This document shows positions 11,085 through 20,373 of a stretch of 64,000 bases of DNA, one piece after another. Under the pieces are notes generated by a model. It searched no databases. It was not told the DNA's origin and saw nothing but the letters and a program-made list of their open reading frames with translations. Position numbers and translations under genes: made by a program. The stretch's first letter is position 1. Each line of letters opens with the position of its first letter. Source of the stretch: an uncultured Chloroflexia bacterium (GTDB taxonomy: Bacteria > Chloroflexota > Dehalococcoidia > DSTF01 > JACRBR01); NCBI GenBank assembly GCA_963701135.1, contig OY969567.1:1537847-1601846 (forward strand), in the 5' to 3' direction.

Positions 11085-12364
11085 ATGCTCTCTGCCGTGC
11101 GAAGCAAGGCTTTCCTGCTTGTACTCGTCTGCGTATCCGTCGCGGCAGTGATCGCAGCGTGCGGCAACGGCTCTCCCACCGAGAAGCCGCGCCAGATCGA
11201 TGTGTCGGCGCTCACGTTCGAAGACGTGCAGCAACGCGCGCTGACGGCGATTGGGGCCGAGGACAAGGTGCTCCACCTCACGACCGTCTTCGCATCCGCG
11301 CGTGAGCATGTCGATACGGAGGCATGGATCGATGCCGAACGCGATCTCGCGAGGAAGCAATCCGGCGGGCAGATCTCGGTCTACTACGAGCGCCGCATCG
11401 CAATGACCGGGCCCGGCGAACGCCTGACCGACGCACGCATCGACTCACCGCTGGAGAAGACGTTGATCTACGCGCTGGGCTACCTCATGTGGATCCTCGA
11501 GCCAGCGTATACGGACCGCAGCCTCCGCGAAGGAGCGGTTGACGGCAACCCCGCGATCATCGTGCAGGTTTCACGCAAGAAGTACGACTACGACGCCATC
11601 GAGACCGCAAAGGTGTACCTCGACGAGTCGTTCCTGCCGCTGCGGCTGGACTACGATTCAGGCACCTCACGCTTTGGGAAAGACTCGTCCGTCTACCGCC
11701 GCGAGTTCGTGGACCGCGAAAGCATAGCGCCCGGATTCTTCTCTCCGGATGCCGTGAGCGCCGTCGCCCGCACGCCACTCGATGACCTTGCCGCGGCTCG
11801 AACAGCGGGCCTCGACGTTACTGGCTCGGTGAGCGGTTCGAGGACATGGCGTTGGACGACGTCTCCTTCGCGGACGCGGTGCAGGACGCGGGCGCGGGGC
11901 CGGCCTTCAGTCTCAGCTACAAGCATCCCGACTTCTTCATGCCGGCGCCGTGCGCGCGCGTGTCGTTGTACAGCCAGAAGGCATGGGAGACGCTCGTCGA
12001 AGCGCGAGACCGTAACAGTCCCGGCTGGGCCGACGCCGGTGAGGTCGTCGTAGTCGTCCCACTGAGCGGCGGAACAGCGATGGTCTACCGTGACACCTCG
12101 GCCCCGCCGCCGCTCCCTGGCGTGACTTTCATCGCCCCCGTCGCCATTACGCCAAACCCGTTCACCACGCCACCGCCAGGGCCGTCCGCCTTGCCGGTCG
12201 TACCCGGAGACACGGGCGCGCGACGCTGGGCACGGGTGACGCTCGACTCGGGCGGCGTGATCGAGGTCGATACGAACTGCGGCCCACCGGGTAGCAACGT
12301 GTATCGCACAGACGAGGCCTTCATCCGTCTCGTCCAAGCGTTGCGCCTGTACGACGGACCGTAA
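11085..12364 (+). pseudogene. lipoprotein of unknown function, interrupted by one frameshift (about 11819)
   Basis: Lipobox VIAAC at the N-terminus. Frame 1 becomes Arg/Ser/Thr junk after ...TAGLDV, while the next frame continues YWLGERFEDMALDDVSF... to TAA 12362-12364. A -1 shift at gttac joins them. Confidence 0.55.
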
Positions 12365-12435
12365 AGCGGACCCGAGACATCTTCACCACTAGCGCCCAAT
12401 CCCGTACGATGGCGCCCGAGTCCGTCCCGTAAACG

Positions 12436-13240
12436 ATGGAGGGCGCCGTGGCCGATGTCCGCAAGTTCGAGATCTCGCTGGCCGCGTGGTCGATGCACAA
12501 GATGTTCTTCGCGCGCGAGATCGACCAGCTCGGCATGGTCGACCTCTGCCACGACCTCGGCATCGGCGGGCTGGAGCTCGTCAACACGTTCTTCCCGTCG
12601 CCCCAGTACGGCTACCTGAAGCAGCTGCGGAAGCGCGCCGACGACGCCGGCATCAAGATCCTGCTGATCATGTGCGACGCCGAGGGCAGCATGGCCGGAC
12701 CCGAGCGCGCCAGCCGCCTGCTCGCCGCGAAGAACCACCACAAGTGGGTCGACATCGCCGCCGTGCTCGGCTGCCACTCGATCCGCTGCAACACCGGCGC
12801 GCAGGAGGGCGACCCGGACGCGCTCGACCGCTGCGCCGAGAGCTTCGCCGCGCTCGCCGAGTACGCGGACGCCGCCGGCATCAACGTGCTCATCGAGAAT
12901 CACTGGGGGCTCGTCGTCCGACCCGGACTGGCTGCTGCCGCTCATCGAGAAGGTGCATCACCCCCGCTTCGGCACGCTGCCCGACTTCGGCAACTTCCCG
13001 GACAGCATCGACCGCTACGACGCCGTGCGCCGCATGATGCCGTACGCGAAGGCGGTCAGCGCGAAGTGCTACGACTTCGACGCCGACGGCAACGAGACGA
13101 AGATCGACTTCCCCCGCATGATGACGATCGTCGGCGACGCCGGCTACCGCGGCTACGTCGGCATCGAGTACGAAGGCGAGCGCCTGGCCGAGCGCGAGGG
13201 CATCCTCGCGTGCAAGGCGCTGCTCGAACGCCTTCAGTGA
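12436..13240 (+). pseudogene. sugar-phosphate isomerase/epimerase (xylose-isomerase-like TIM barrel), one frameshift near the G5 run at about 12905
   Basis: N-terminal part ...GINVLIENHWGL in frame 1. Continuation SSDPDWLLPLIEKVHHPRFGTLPDFGNF...GYVGIEYEGE in the next frame (ORF 12953-13240). Confidence 0.7.
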
Positions 13241-13256
13241 CGGAGACGGACGGCGC

Positions 13257-14316
13257 ATGAACGGTAATAACCCACGGATCGCGATCATCGGCGCGGGCTT
13301 CATCACGCGCGTCGGCCACCTGCCGGGCTACAGCGCGGCAGGCGCGGACGTCGCCGCGATCTGCGACCTCAACGAGGAGCCGGCGCACAAGCTCGCGGCG
13401 CAGTACCGCATCCCGAAGGTCTACACCGACTGGCGCGAGATGATCGCGAAGGAGCAGCCGGACATCGTCAGCGTCTGCCTGCCGAACGTGCTGCACCGCG
13501 AGCCAACGCTGTTCGCGCTCGATGCCGGCGCCCACGTGCTCTGCGAGAAGCCGCTCGCGACGAGCGTCGCTGAAGCGCACGAGATGTTCGACGGCCGCGC
13601 AGAAGGCCGGCCGCCACCTGATGGCCGCGCAGAACTGGCGCTGGGACGCCGGATCGCGCGCCATCCGCCGCATCGTCGAGACCGGCGACCTCGGCGACAT
13701 CTACTACGCGGAGGCGACGGCGATGCGCCGCATGGGCATCCCGACCTGGGGCGTGTTCCACCAGTCGAAGCTCTCGTCCGGCGGCGCGCTGCTCGACGTC
13801 GGCGTGCACATGCTCGACCTGGCGGTCTGGCTGATGGGCAACCCGGAGCCGGTGCGCGTCTCGGCGAAGACGGACCGCAAGTTCGGCACGCGGCCCGAGG
13901 TCGCAAAGATGATGCGCAACGCCTGGGACCCCGAGAAGTTCGACGTCGAAGACTTCGCCGTCGCCCTCGTGCACTTCGCCAACGGCGCGACGCTGCTGCT
14001 CCGCACGTCGTGGGCGACGCACATCGATGCCGAGACGTTCTCCGTGCGCCTCGTCGGCACCGAGGCCGGCGCGACGACCACGCCGCCGGTGGTGTATCGC
14101 AACCATGCCGGCATCCCCGTCGACGAGCACCTGCAGTTGCAGAAAGTCAACTCATACGAGCGCGAGATCGCGCACTGGCTGCGCGTCGTCGCGGGCGAAG
14201 AAGAGCCGCTCGTCACCGCCGAAGAGACGATGAACGTGCAGCGCATCATCAACGCGTCCTACCGCTCGGCCGCCGAGGGCCGCGAGGTCGAGGTGGAGCC
14301 GGGCTTCGGGATTTAA
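13257..14316 (+). pseudogene. Gfo/Idh/MocA-family oxidoreductase, one frameshift (about 13592)
   Basis: RIAIIGAGFITRVGHLPGY...VLCEKPLATSVAEAHEMFD in frame 1, then AAQKAGRHLMAAQNWRWD...GALLDVGVHMLDL... in ORF 13522-14316. Confidence 0.75.
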
Positions 14317-14362
14317 TCGTAGGGGCACGGTGCGCCGGGCCCCTGCTCGGGTTGGCGCACAT

Positions 14363-15605
14363 CTACGCTCGCCACGCGCCCCGCGCGACCGCCGGCACGA
14401 ACGCGCCCAGATCGACCGGGAACTTGACCGTGCGCCCTTCCTCCGCCGACTTGTAGCAGGCCATCAGCACCTCCGTGACGGCGAGGCCGTCGTGCCACGT
14501 CTCGTCCGGCATGCGGCCCGCGAGGAACGCCTGCACCATGTGGCGGTTCTCGGCGGTGTAGCCGTAGCACGCCGTGCTCGTCCGCGACCACCGGCATCAG
14601 CCCCTGCTCGGCGTTCTGCTTCTCGACGAGGTCCTCGCCCGCCGCGCCGCGGATCTTGCCGGCCCAGGAACACGCTGAGGTCCGTGGACAGGCTGTCGAC
14701 CTGCATGGAGTACTCCGGCCCCAGCAGCTCCGCCCGCAGCCGCAGCGCCGGCCCGACGAAGCTCCACGACGTCGTCGCCTCGACAAGCAGCCGTTCGCCG
14801 CCCGGCGCGCGCAGGCTCACCGCCGCGCGCGCGAAGTCTTCGGCGGGCGCCCGCGCGTAGTCGACCTTGCCGCCCGACATCTCCTTCAGCAGCTCGACGT
14901 ACTCCGGCCGCGTCCACTTCAGCGACGCGATCTGCGCGTTCACCTCTTCGACCTGGAGCGCGTACGCGTCGGCTCGCCCGGCGCCGTCAGCAGGAAGCGG
15001 CCGGCCTCGTAGCTGTGGCAGAGCATGTCGTTCAGCACGCCGCCGCCCTGCCGCTCGCCGCTCCAGAACCACGGCATGTGCGGCCCGCTGTGCTCCTCCG
15101 CCGCGCGCGCCAGGTACGGCCGGCCGGCGATCGGCACGGCGCGCCGCCAGATGATCTCCTTGCCGCGCGTGATCGCCGGCTCGAACACCTGGTTTTCGAG
15201 GTAGCCGTGCAGCAGCGGCGTCGACTCGATCAGTTCGACCATCCGCCGCGCCTCGGCCAGGTTGCGCGCCAGCGGCTTCTCGCACGCCACGCCGATGAGT
15301 TCGCCCTTGCCGCTTTTCACCGCGTCGACGATCTCCTCGACGACCGCGACGCGCGTGTCGTTGGTGGTGGCGATCCACAGCGCGTCCACGTTGGGATCGC
15401 CGACGAGATCCGCGATCGATCCGTGCACGCCAGGCTCGCCGACGCCCAGGTCGCGCGCGAGCGCCGCGAGGGATTCGGCGTGCGCGCGCGTCGGGCTGAA
15501 CACGCCCGTTACGTCGCAGTCGCGCACGCCGGCGAGGCTGCCGGCGTGGAACCGGTTCATGAACCCCGCGCCGATGAACCCGATGCCGAGAGACCGCCGC
15601 GTCAT
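14363..15605 (-). pseudogene. Gfo/Idh/MocA-family oxidoreductase, three frameshifts (about 14972, 14665, 14568)
   Basis: MTRRSLGIGFIGAGFMNRFH...ACEKPLARNLAEARRM...NDMLCHSYEAGRFLL in ORF 14940-15671. It then continues ADAYALQVEEVNAQI...STDLSVF (ORF 14464-15378 frame), then AGKIRGAAGEDLVEKQNAEQGLMPVVADEHGV (ORF 14313-14786 frame). The last segment is YGYTAENRHMVQAFLAGRMPDETWHDGLAVTEVLMACYKSAEEGRTVKF..., ending at TAG (complement 14363-14365). Confidence 0.7.
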
Positions 15606-15752
15606 GGCACGCTCCTCCGTTCCTTCGCGATGGCCCATTGTGTGTGTGCGGAGCCGTAGAGGCCAGCGCAACGTTAATGGATGGTTAAAGCTCGCCGGCT
15701 GTGACGTACATCACCTCGACGTTGCGGCCTGATCCGATAGGATCGTGACGCT

Positions 15753-15992
15753 ATGACATCTACTGTCCCGCAAGCCGATGGCATGACCGTGATCGAAGTG
15801 GAAGAGCGGCCGGACGTCTGTCTCGTGCCGGGGTGCGGCGGATTCGTCGTCAGGCACTCGCTGGGCGGCGGCGTGGCCTCCGACCGCTGCACGCGCTGCT
15901 TCCGCCGCTACCAGCTACGAGAAGGAGCCGCGGCTCCACGCGGCCGCCTGCGCCGCGTGTTCGGCGAGTCCGTCTCGTGGAAAGACGCGTAG
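15753..15992 (+). CDS. small putative zinc-ribbon protein (79 aa)
   Basis: CLVPGC...CTRC two CxxC-type pairs. Weak RBS. Family not recognised. Confidence 0.4.
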   Translation: MTSTVPQADGMTVIEVEERPDVCLVPGCGGFVVRHSLGGGVASDRCTRCFRRYQLREGAAAPRGRLRRVFGESVSWKDA

Positions 15993-16052
15993 CGGCCGCC
16001 GCGTGACGAAGCAGCCCGCCACTCTCGCGAATGACACCCGCGTAGCCTGGCT

Positions 16053-17156
16053 CTATGGCGTCGGCGTAGCCGTTGGCTCCAGCGTCGGCGTGGGCGTTCG
16101 CGTGGATGTCCCCGTAGGCGATGGCGTGCGCGTCGGCCGCACCGTCTTGGTTGGCGTCGGCGTGCGCGTGCCGGTCGGCGCCGGCGTCGGCGTGGCGGTT
16201 GGCGCCTTCGGCTCCGCGCCCGGCGGATTCTCGCCCAGGTACATCAGCGTGTCGTAGACCGTCACCCCGTACCGCCAGATCGATACCTGCGGCATCTTCG
16301 CCGCCCACGCGGCGTGGGCGAAGCGCGGCCACGTCTTCGGGTCGCTGGCGGCGCCCTGCCCGACGGGGATCACCTCGCGGTTGTACGGCGCGAGCAGCTT
16401 CGCCGTCGTATCGATCAGGAACTCCGGGGTCATGCCGTCCGGGCCCACCGGGTAGCCGCTCCCGCTGTAGCCGTCGAAGTTGCCCGGCGTGTCGAATGTG
16501 TCCCAGTACAACTGCGGCGCGATGCCGTCGCTGAAGGCGACGAACTCCGGCATCGGCACCAGGTTGATGCGCCACGGCCGCGGGTCGATCGAAATGTCGA
16601 CGCGGCCGAACGGCGTACGCTTGCGAAGTTCATCGCCGAAACGCAGCGCGTCGTCGCGGCTCCCCAGCCAGAATCCCGACGACCCTTCCAGGTCGAGCGT
16701 CAGGCTGCGCGCACCCGCCGACAGCACGTCGGCCGCCATCTGCGCCTCGCGCGCCGGGTCGATGCCCTTAATCACGGACCAGGCATGAAACGCCACTCCG
16801 GCCTGTTCGAACATCCTGGCGAGCGTCTGCACCTGCCCCGGACCGCTGACGGCGCTGGGCGAGTGGTCGTACGTCGACATCCACTCGAGCCCGTCGTGCG
16901 TCTTGAGCATTACTGCGAGGTCATTGGCTCCGAGGTTCGCGGCGATCTGCTCCGGCCGTCCATCAGAGGCGAATTGCCAGACCCAGGCGCGGTGCTTCGG
17001 CGGGCCAGCCGTCTTCCCTTGCTGGATACGGCGTACCAGCGCCGGATCGCACTGCGTGTTCGCCAACGTCAGCGCCGCCGCGCCAACGGTCACGCCGGCA
17101 ACGCTGAGGAAGTGCCGGCGGCTGATGCTGCGATCGAAGATGCCTCCGCTGCCCAT
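16053..17156 (-). CDS. Tat-secreted glycoside-hydrolase-like TIM-barrel protein with C-terminal Pro/Thr-rich tail
   Basis: GGAGG RBS and ATG 17156. Twin-arginine motif SRRHFLSVAG. C-terminal about 55 aa is (TPTP/PTxT)n low complexity. The hydrolase-like assignment is tentative. Confidence 0.6.
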   Translation of the reverse strand: MGSGGIFDRSISRRHFLSVAGVTVGAAALTLANTQCDPALVRRIQQGKTAGPPKHRAWVWQFASDGRPEQIAANLGANDLAVMLKTHDGLEWMSTYDHSPSAVSGPGQVQTLARMFEQAGVAFHAWSVIKGIDPAREAQMAADVLSAGARSLTLDLEGSSGFWLGSRDDALRFGDELRKRTPFGRVDISIDPRPWRINLVPMPEFVAFSDGIAPQLYWDTFDTPGNFDGYSGSGYPVGPDGMTPEFLIDTTAKLLAPYNREVIPVGQGAASDPKTWPRFAHAAWAAKMPQVSIWRYGVTVYDTLMYLGENPPGAEPKAPTATPTPAPTGTRTPTPTKTVRPTRTPSPTGTSTRTPTPTLEPTATPTP

Positions 17157-17502
17157 CAAGACCTCCTTGCCCTCACCACCCTCGCATCTCGACCGCTAAG
17201 GCTAACAGAACCCTTGCGATTTTCCTACGTCGCCCGGCACACAAACGCGCCAGCGTTTGCGCGTGCCGCGCAGCAGGAGGAAGAACATGCCTCGCCGAAG
17301 CCCGGATCCAGGCCAGAATCGGCGGCAATCGCAACACTGAGGCGTCGAGATTCAGCGGCATCAGCATCGAAGTGTAATCCCAACCGAGATTGACGCGTTA
17401 TGAATACAGGAGTACGATCCGCCGGTCAGTGCGCGTTGCGGCGGCTGCGGGCGGAGGGGGCGTCCAATTCGCTCCCGCGCGACCGGAATGGAAGGCCACC
17501 GC

Positions 17503-18354
17503 ATGTTCACTTCGCTCCGTAGCTACGCGCGCTCGGTTTTCTTGCCCCAGGACGCCGGTCAGGCGGCGCTGCCCCGCCTCGATCTCCTCGTCATGGCGTT
17601 CGCAGCCACGGCGGCGCTCGTGCTCGTGGCCGCGGACGTGTTCCAGCGCGCCATCTACTATCGCAACATCCCGACACTGGACATCGATGGTCAGTACAAC
17701 GTCGAGACGTGGTTCCATACGGTTGTCCTGGGCGGCGTAGCCCTGTGTGCGCTCGGCATCGCCTTCACGCACTTCACGAACGCACGGCGGCTGCAGTGGC
17801 TGGGCGCCGCTGCCGGCATCGCCTTCTTCTCGCTCGATAAGAGCATCTCCCTCCACGAGCGCGCGGGGATCGCGATCGTTAACCGGCTTGACCTGCCGCG
17901 AGAAGCCGGGCGCGTGGCGTGGCAGGTGGCATGGTCTCCGTTGATCCTGACGACCGCCGTCCTCTTGATCATCTGCGTCTGGAGATCCCCGCTGAACACG
18001 AAGATGTGGGTCCTCATCGGGCTGGCGCTTGCGGGCGTCAAGCTGGCCATGGAGGCGACAGTCTTCCCGCTGACGCAGCTCGGCTGGGCCGCGGCCGACC
18101 GCGGCATCGTCTACGGGATCGAAACGAATATCGAGGAGACGGCGCAGCTCATGGGATTCGCGGCGTTCCTCGCCGCATTCTCACAACTGTTCGTTCAACC
18201 GGCTCTCCGCCCTCGCCCGCGGCGAAGCGCTCGACGCCGTGCCCGCGGCGGCGATGACGCCCGACACCGTGGCGGCGCCGCAGCGGCGCTCGACGGTCCA
18301 GCCCGGCCTCTCGCACCGCCCCTGACACGGCATCACACCCGTCTCGCGGTGTAA
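17503..18354 (+). CDS. hypothetical integral membrane protein
   Basis: ATG 17503. At least 6 hydrophobic segments. The last about 50 aa are Arg-rich, and an alternative frame reads more protein-like (NRLSALARGEALDAVPAAAMTPDTVAAP...), so the 3' end may contain a frameshift. Confidence 0.5.
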   Translation: MFTSLRSYARSVFLPQDAGQAALPRLDLLVMAFAATAALVLVAADVFQRAIYYRNIPTLDIDGQYNVETWFHTVVLGGVALCALGIAFTHFTNARRLQWLGAAAGIAFFSLDKSISLHERAGIAIVNRLDLPREAGRVAWQVAWSPLILTTAVLLIICVWRSPLNTKMWVLIGLALAGVKLAMEATVFPLTQLGWAAADRGIVYGIETNIEETAQLMGFAAFLAAFSQLFVQPALRPRPRRSARRRARGGDDARHRGGAAAALDGPARPLAPPLTRHHTRLAV

Positions 18355-18920
18355 CGGCCGCCACGCAGGGCTTCGAGGAACGCCGCTTCCGTGCGCACGT
18401 CGTCGATGAACTCGGTGGCGCACACGCCCACTTCCCGCACGGCGTGCGAATCGCTGCCGCCGATCCCCGGCAGCGACAGTCCGCTCGCGAGCCGGGCCGC
18501 ATTGTCGTTCTGGAGCATGCCTTCGGTGCCGTTGTGCACCTCGACCGAGTCGAAGACCGAGGCGAGGTCGTCGGGCGGCAGCGAGCCGTAGCGCCGGCTC
18601 GGGTGCGCCAGGTACATCAATCCGCCTTCGTCCCGCACGATGCGGTGCAGCCCCGCCAGCGTCGCCATCGACGCGTGATAGTGCGTCACGCCGAATACGA
18701 GCACGTGGCCGACCTCGGTCGTCACCTCCATGCCGCGCAGCACCGTGAACTCCATATCCGCCGCCACGCGCTCGACCTCCGGCAGCGGCCACAACGCGTC
18801 GTGCTCGGTGATGCACACGCCGTCGAGCCCGCGCGCACGGGCGGCGCGCACGAGCGCCTCGGGCGTCAGCGCGCTGCACGCCGAATGCACCTTCGTGTGA
18901 CAGTGGAGGTCGATCAGCAT
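18333..18920 (-). CDS. PHP-domain metal-dependent phosphoesterase
   Basis: MLIDLHCHTKVHS...GVCITEHD...GMEV...AHP...GGSDSH, the typical PHP His/Asp motif series. 195 aa. Confidence 0.75.
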   Translation of the reverse strand: MLIDLHCHTKVHSACSALTPEALVRAARARGLDGVCITEHDALWPLPEVERVAADMEFTVLRGMEVTTEVGHVLVFGVTHYHASMATLAGLHRIVRDEGGLMYLAHPSRRYGSLPPDDLASVFDSVEVHNGTEGMLQNDNAARLASGLSLPGIGGSDSHAVREVGVCATEFIDDVRTEAAFLEALRGGRYTARRV

Positions 18921-18933
18921 CGGACGACGGCAA

Positions 18934-19788
18934 TCAGCAAACGGCAGACAGCAAACGTTGAACGGAGCACTCTCTCCAAGTCGCGACCTTTGCTGTTTGC
19001 TGTCTGTTGTTTGCTGTGGCAGCGGCTCCGCCGCTGGCTACTGCCAGCCCTTGCGCGCGCCCGGTCACCATCTCCAGCGGGCCGGCCGGCCAGTTGTAGC
19101 CCAGCCGCATCACTTCGTTGATGTCCTCCGCGCTGGCGATGCCTTCTTCCAGCACCTTGCGCGCTTCGGCGACCATCGCGAAGTAGACGCGGTTGCCGAC
19201 GAAGCCGTACTTGCCGGGCGCGTCCTTCACGCGGATCGGCACCTTGCCGAGCCGGCCGGTGAGCTCCACCATCACGCCGATCGTCTCCTGCGACGTCTCC
19301 GGCGCGTAGATGATCTCGATCGGCTTCATGATGAAGGCCGGGCTGAACCAGTGGAAGCCGACGAAGCGGTCGCGCCGCGAGACCGCCTTGTTCAGGTCGG
19401 AGATCGCGAACCCCGACGTGTTCGACGCGAAGATCGCCTCGCCCTTGACGATGCGGTCGAGCTCCGAGAAGACGCTCTTCTTCAGCTCGAGGTTCTCGGG
19501 CACCGCCTCCACCACCAGGTCGCAGTTGCGCAGGTCGTCCACGTCCTCCGTGAACGAGAAGCGAGCCACGGTGGCGTCGTACTCCTCCTGCGTCATCTTG
19601 CCGCGCTCGACGGAGCCCTTGAGCCCGAACCGGCCGTCGACCATCGACTGGCGCGTCTTCTCGATCAGGTCGTCGTTCAGGTCGCGGATGATGGTGCGGA
19701 ACCCGTGAGCCGCGAACGTCTGGGCGATGCCGCCGCCCATGACGCCGCCGCCCATCACTCCAACCAGCTTGATATCGTCGATGTTCAT
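18934..19788 (-). CDS. 3-hydroxyacyl-CoA (3-hydroxybutyryl-CoA) dehydrogenase family protein; 3' end uncertain
   Basis: ATG 19788. VGVMGGGVMGGGIAQ Rossmann motif, ...SNTSGF..., GFHWFSP, PGKYGFVGNR, GPLEM. The last about 45 codons run through the CAGCAAA inverted arrays and are not family-like. Confidence 0.75.
   Translation of the reverse strand: MNIDDIKLVGVMGGGVMGGGIAQTFAAHGFRTIIRDLNDDLIEKTRQSMVDGRFGLKGSVERGKMTQEEYDATVARFSFTEDVDDLRNCDLVVEAVPENLELKKSVFSELDRIVKGEAIFASNTSGFAISDLNKAVSRRDRFVGFHWFSPAFIMKPIEIIYAPETSQETIGVMVELTGRLGKVPIRVKDAPGKYGFVGNRVYFAMVAEARKVLEEGIASAEDINEVMRLGYNWPAGPLEMVTGRAQGLAVASGGAAATANNRQQTAKVATWRECSVQRLLSAVC
18935..19016. repeat. inverted pair of heptamer arrays: (CAGCAAA)x3 18935-18955, 33-nt spacer, (TTTGCTG)x4 18989-19016
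   Basis: Read directly. The two arms are reverse complements and could form a long imperfect hairpin. Confidence 0.9.
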
Positions 19789-19807
19789 CGCTACCCCCGC
19801 ATCTTGC

Positions 19808-20360
19808 TCAGTAATCACGCACCTTGCGGTTCGCCTGATCGAGCCGAAACGTGGCCGTCAGGTCAACGACCGCCGACGTCACGTTGCGGCACGGTGGATC
19901 CGCCCCGTCTCGCGGGAGGAGCGCCACCGGGCAATTGCTCAACGACAAACACGAGAGCGTGCCGGACATCGCGACGTTGCTCGCGTCGTCGATGTTGACG
20001 GTACAGCCTCGGCAGCCCTCGTAACAGCGGAACGGGCCGTCCTCCAGGGCCAGGTAGACATCTCTGAGGTCACCATACGCACCCGCCCCGGAGTATGGCC
20101 CGACGTTCGAGCCACAGTCGTCCCCATGCGCCCAGTGCGAAGTCCAACCGCAGCCTCGGCGGCTTCTCGGCCGAGAGCGTCGCCGCGCCGTAGGCGGCGG
20201 AGCCCTCGCTCACGCGCGCGTCGGCCGTGCGGCCATTCGACAGGTGCACCTCGCCATCACCACGGTGGAAGTAGACTCGGCCAGGCTCCGCCCGGCACGC
20301 GAACCCCGCGCTCGCGATCAAGAGCGCCGCGCCGAGCCCCGAGAGCCCGGACGAGTGCAT
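19808..20360 (-). pseudogene. secreted Cys-rich hypothetical protein, apparently one frameshift (about 20150)
   Basis: Signal peptide MHSSGLSGLGAALLIASAGFA in ORF 20070-20360. The adjacent frame continues CGWTSHWAHGDDCGSNVGPYSGAGAYGDLRDVYLALEDGPFRCYEGCRGCTVNIDD...CPVALLPRDGADPPCRNV... to TGA (complement 19808-19810). Confidence 0.45.
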
Positions 20361-20373
20361 TACGGCACCTCCG

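Noticed and set aside
16053-16260. Apparent non-coding tandem repeat (ggcgtNggcg...) on the plus strand
   Set aside because: It is the reverse complement of the in-frame Pro/Thr-rich C-terminal tail of the minus-strand gene 16053-17156, so it is coding low complexity.
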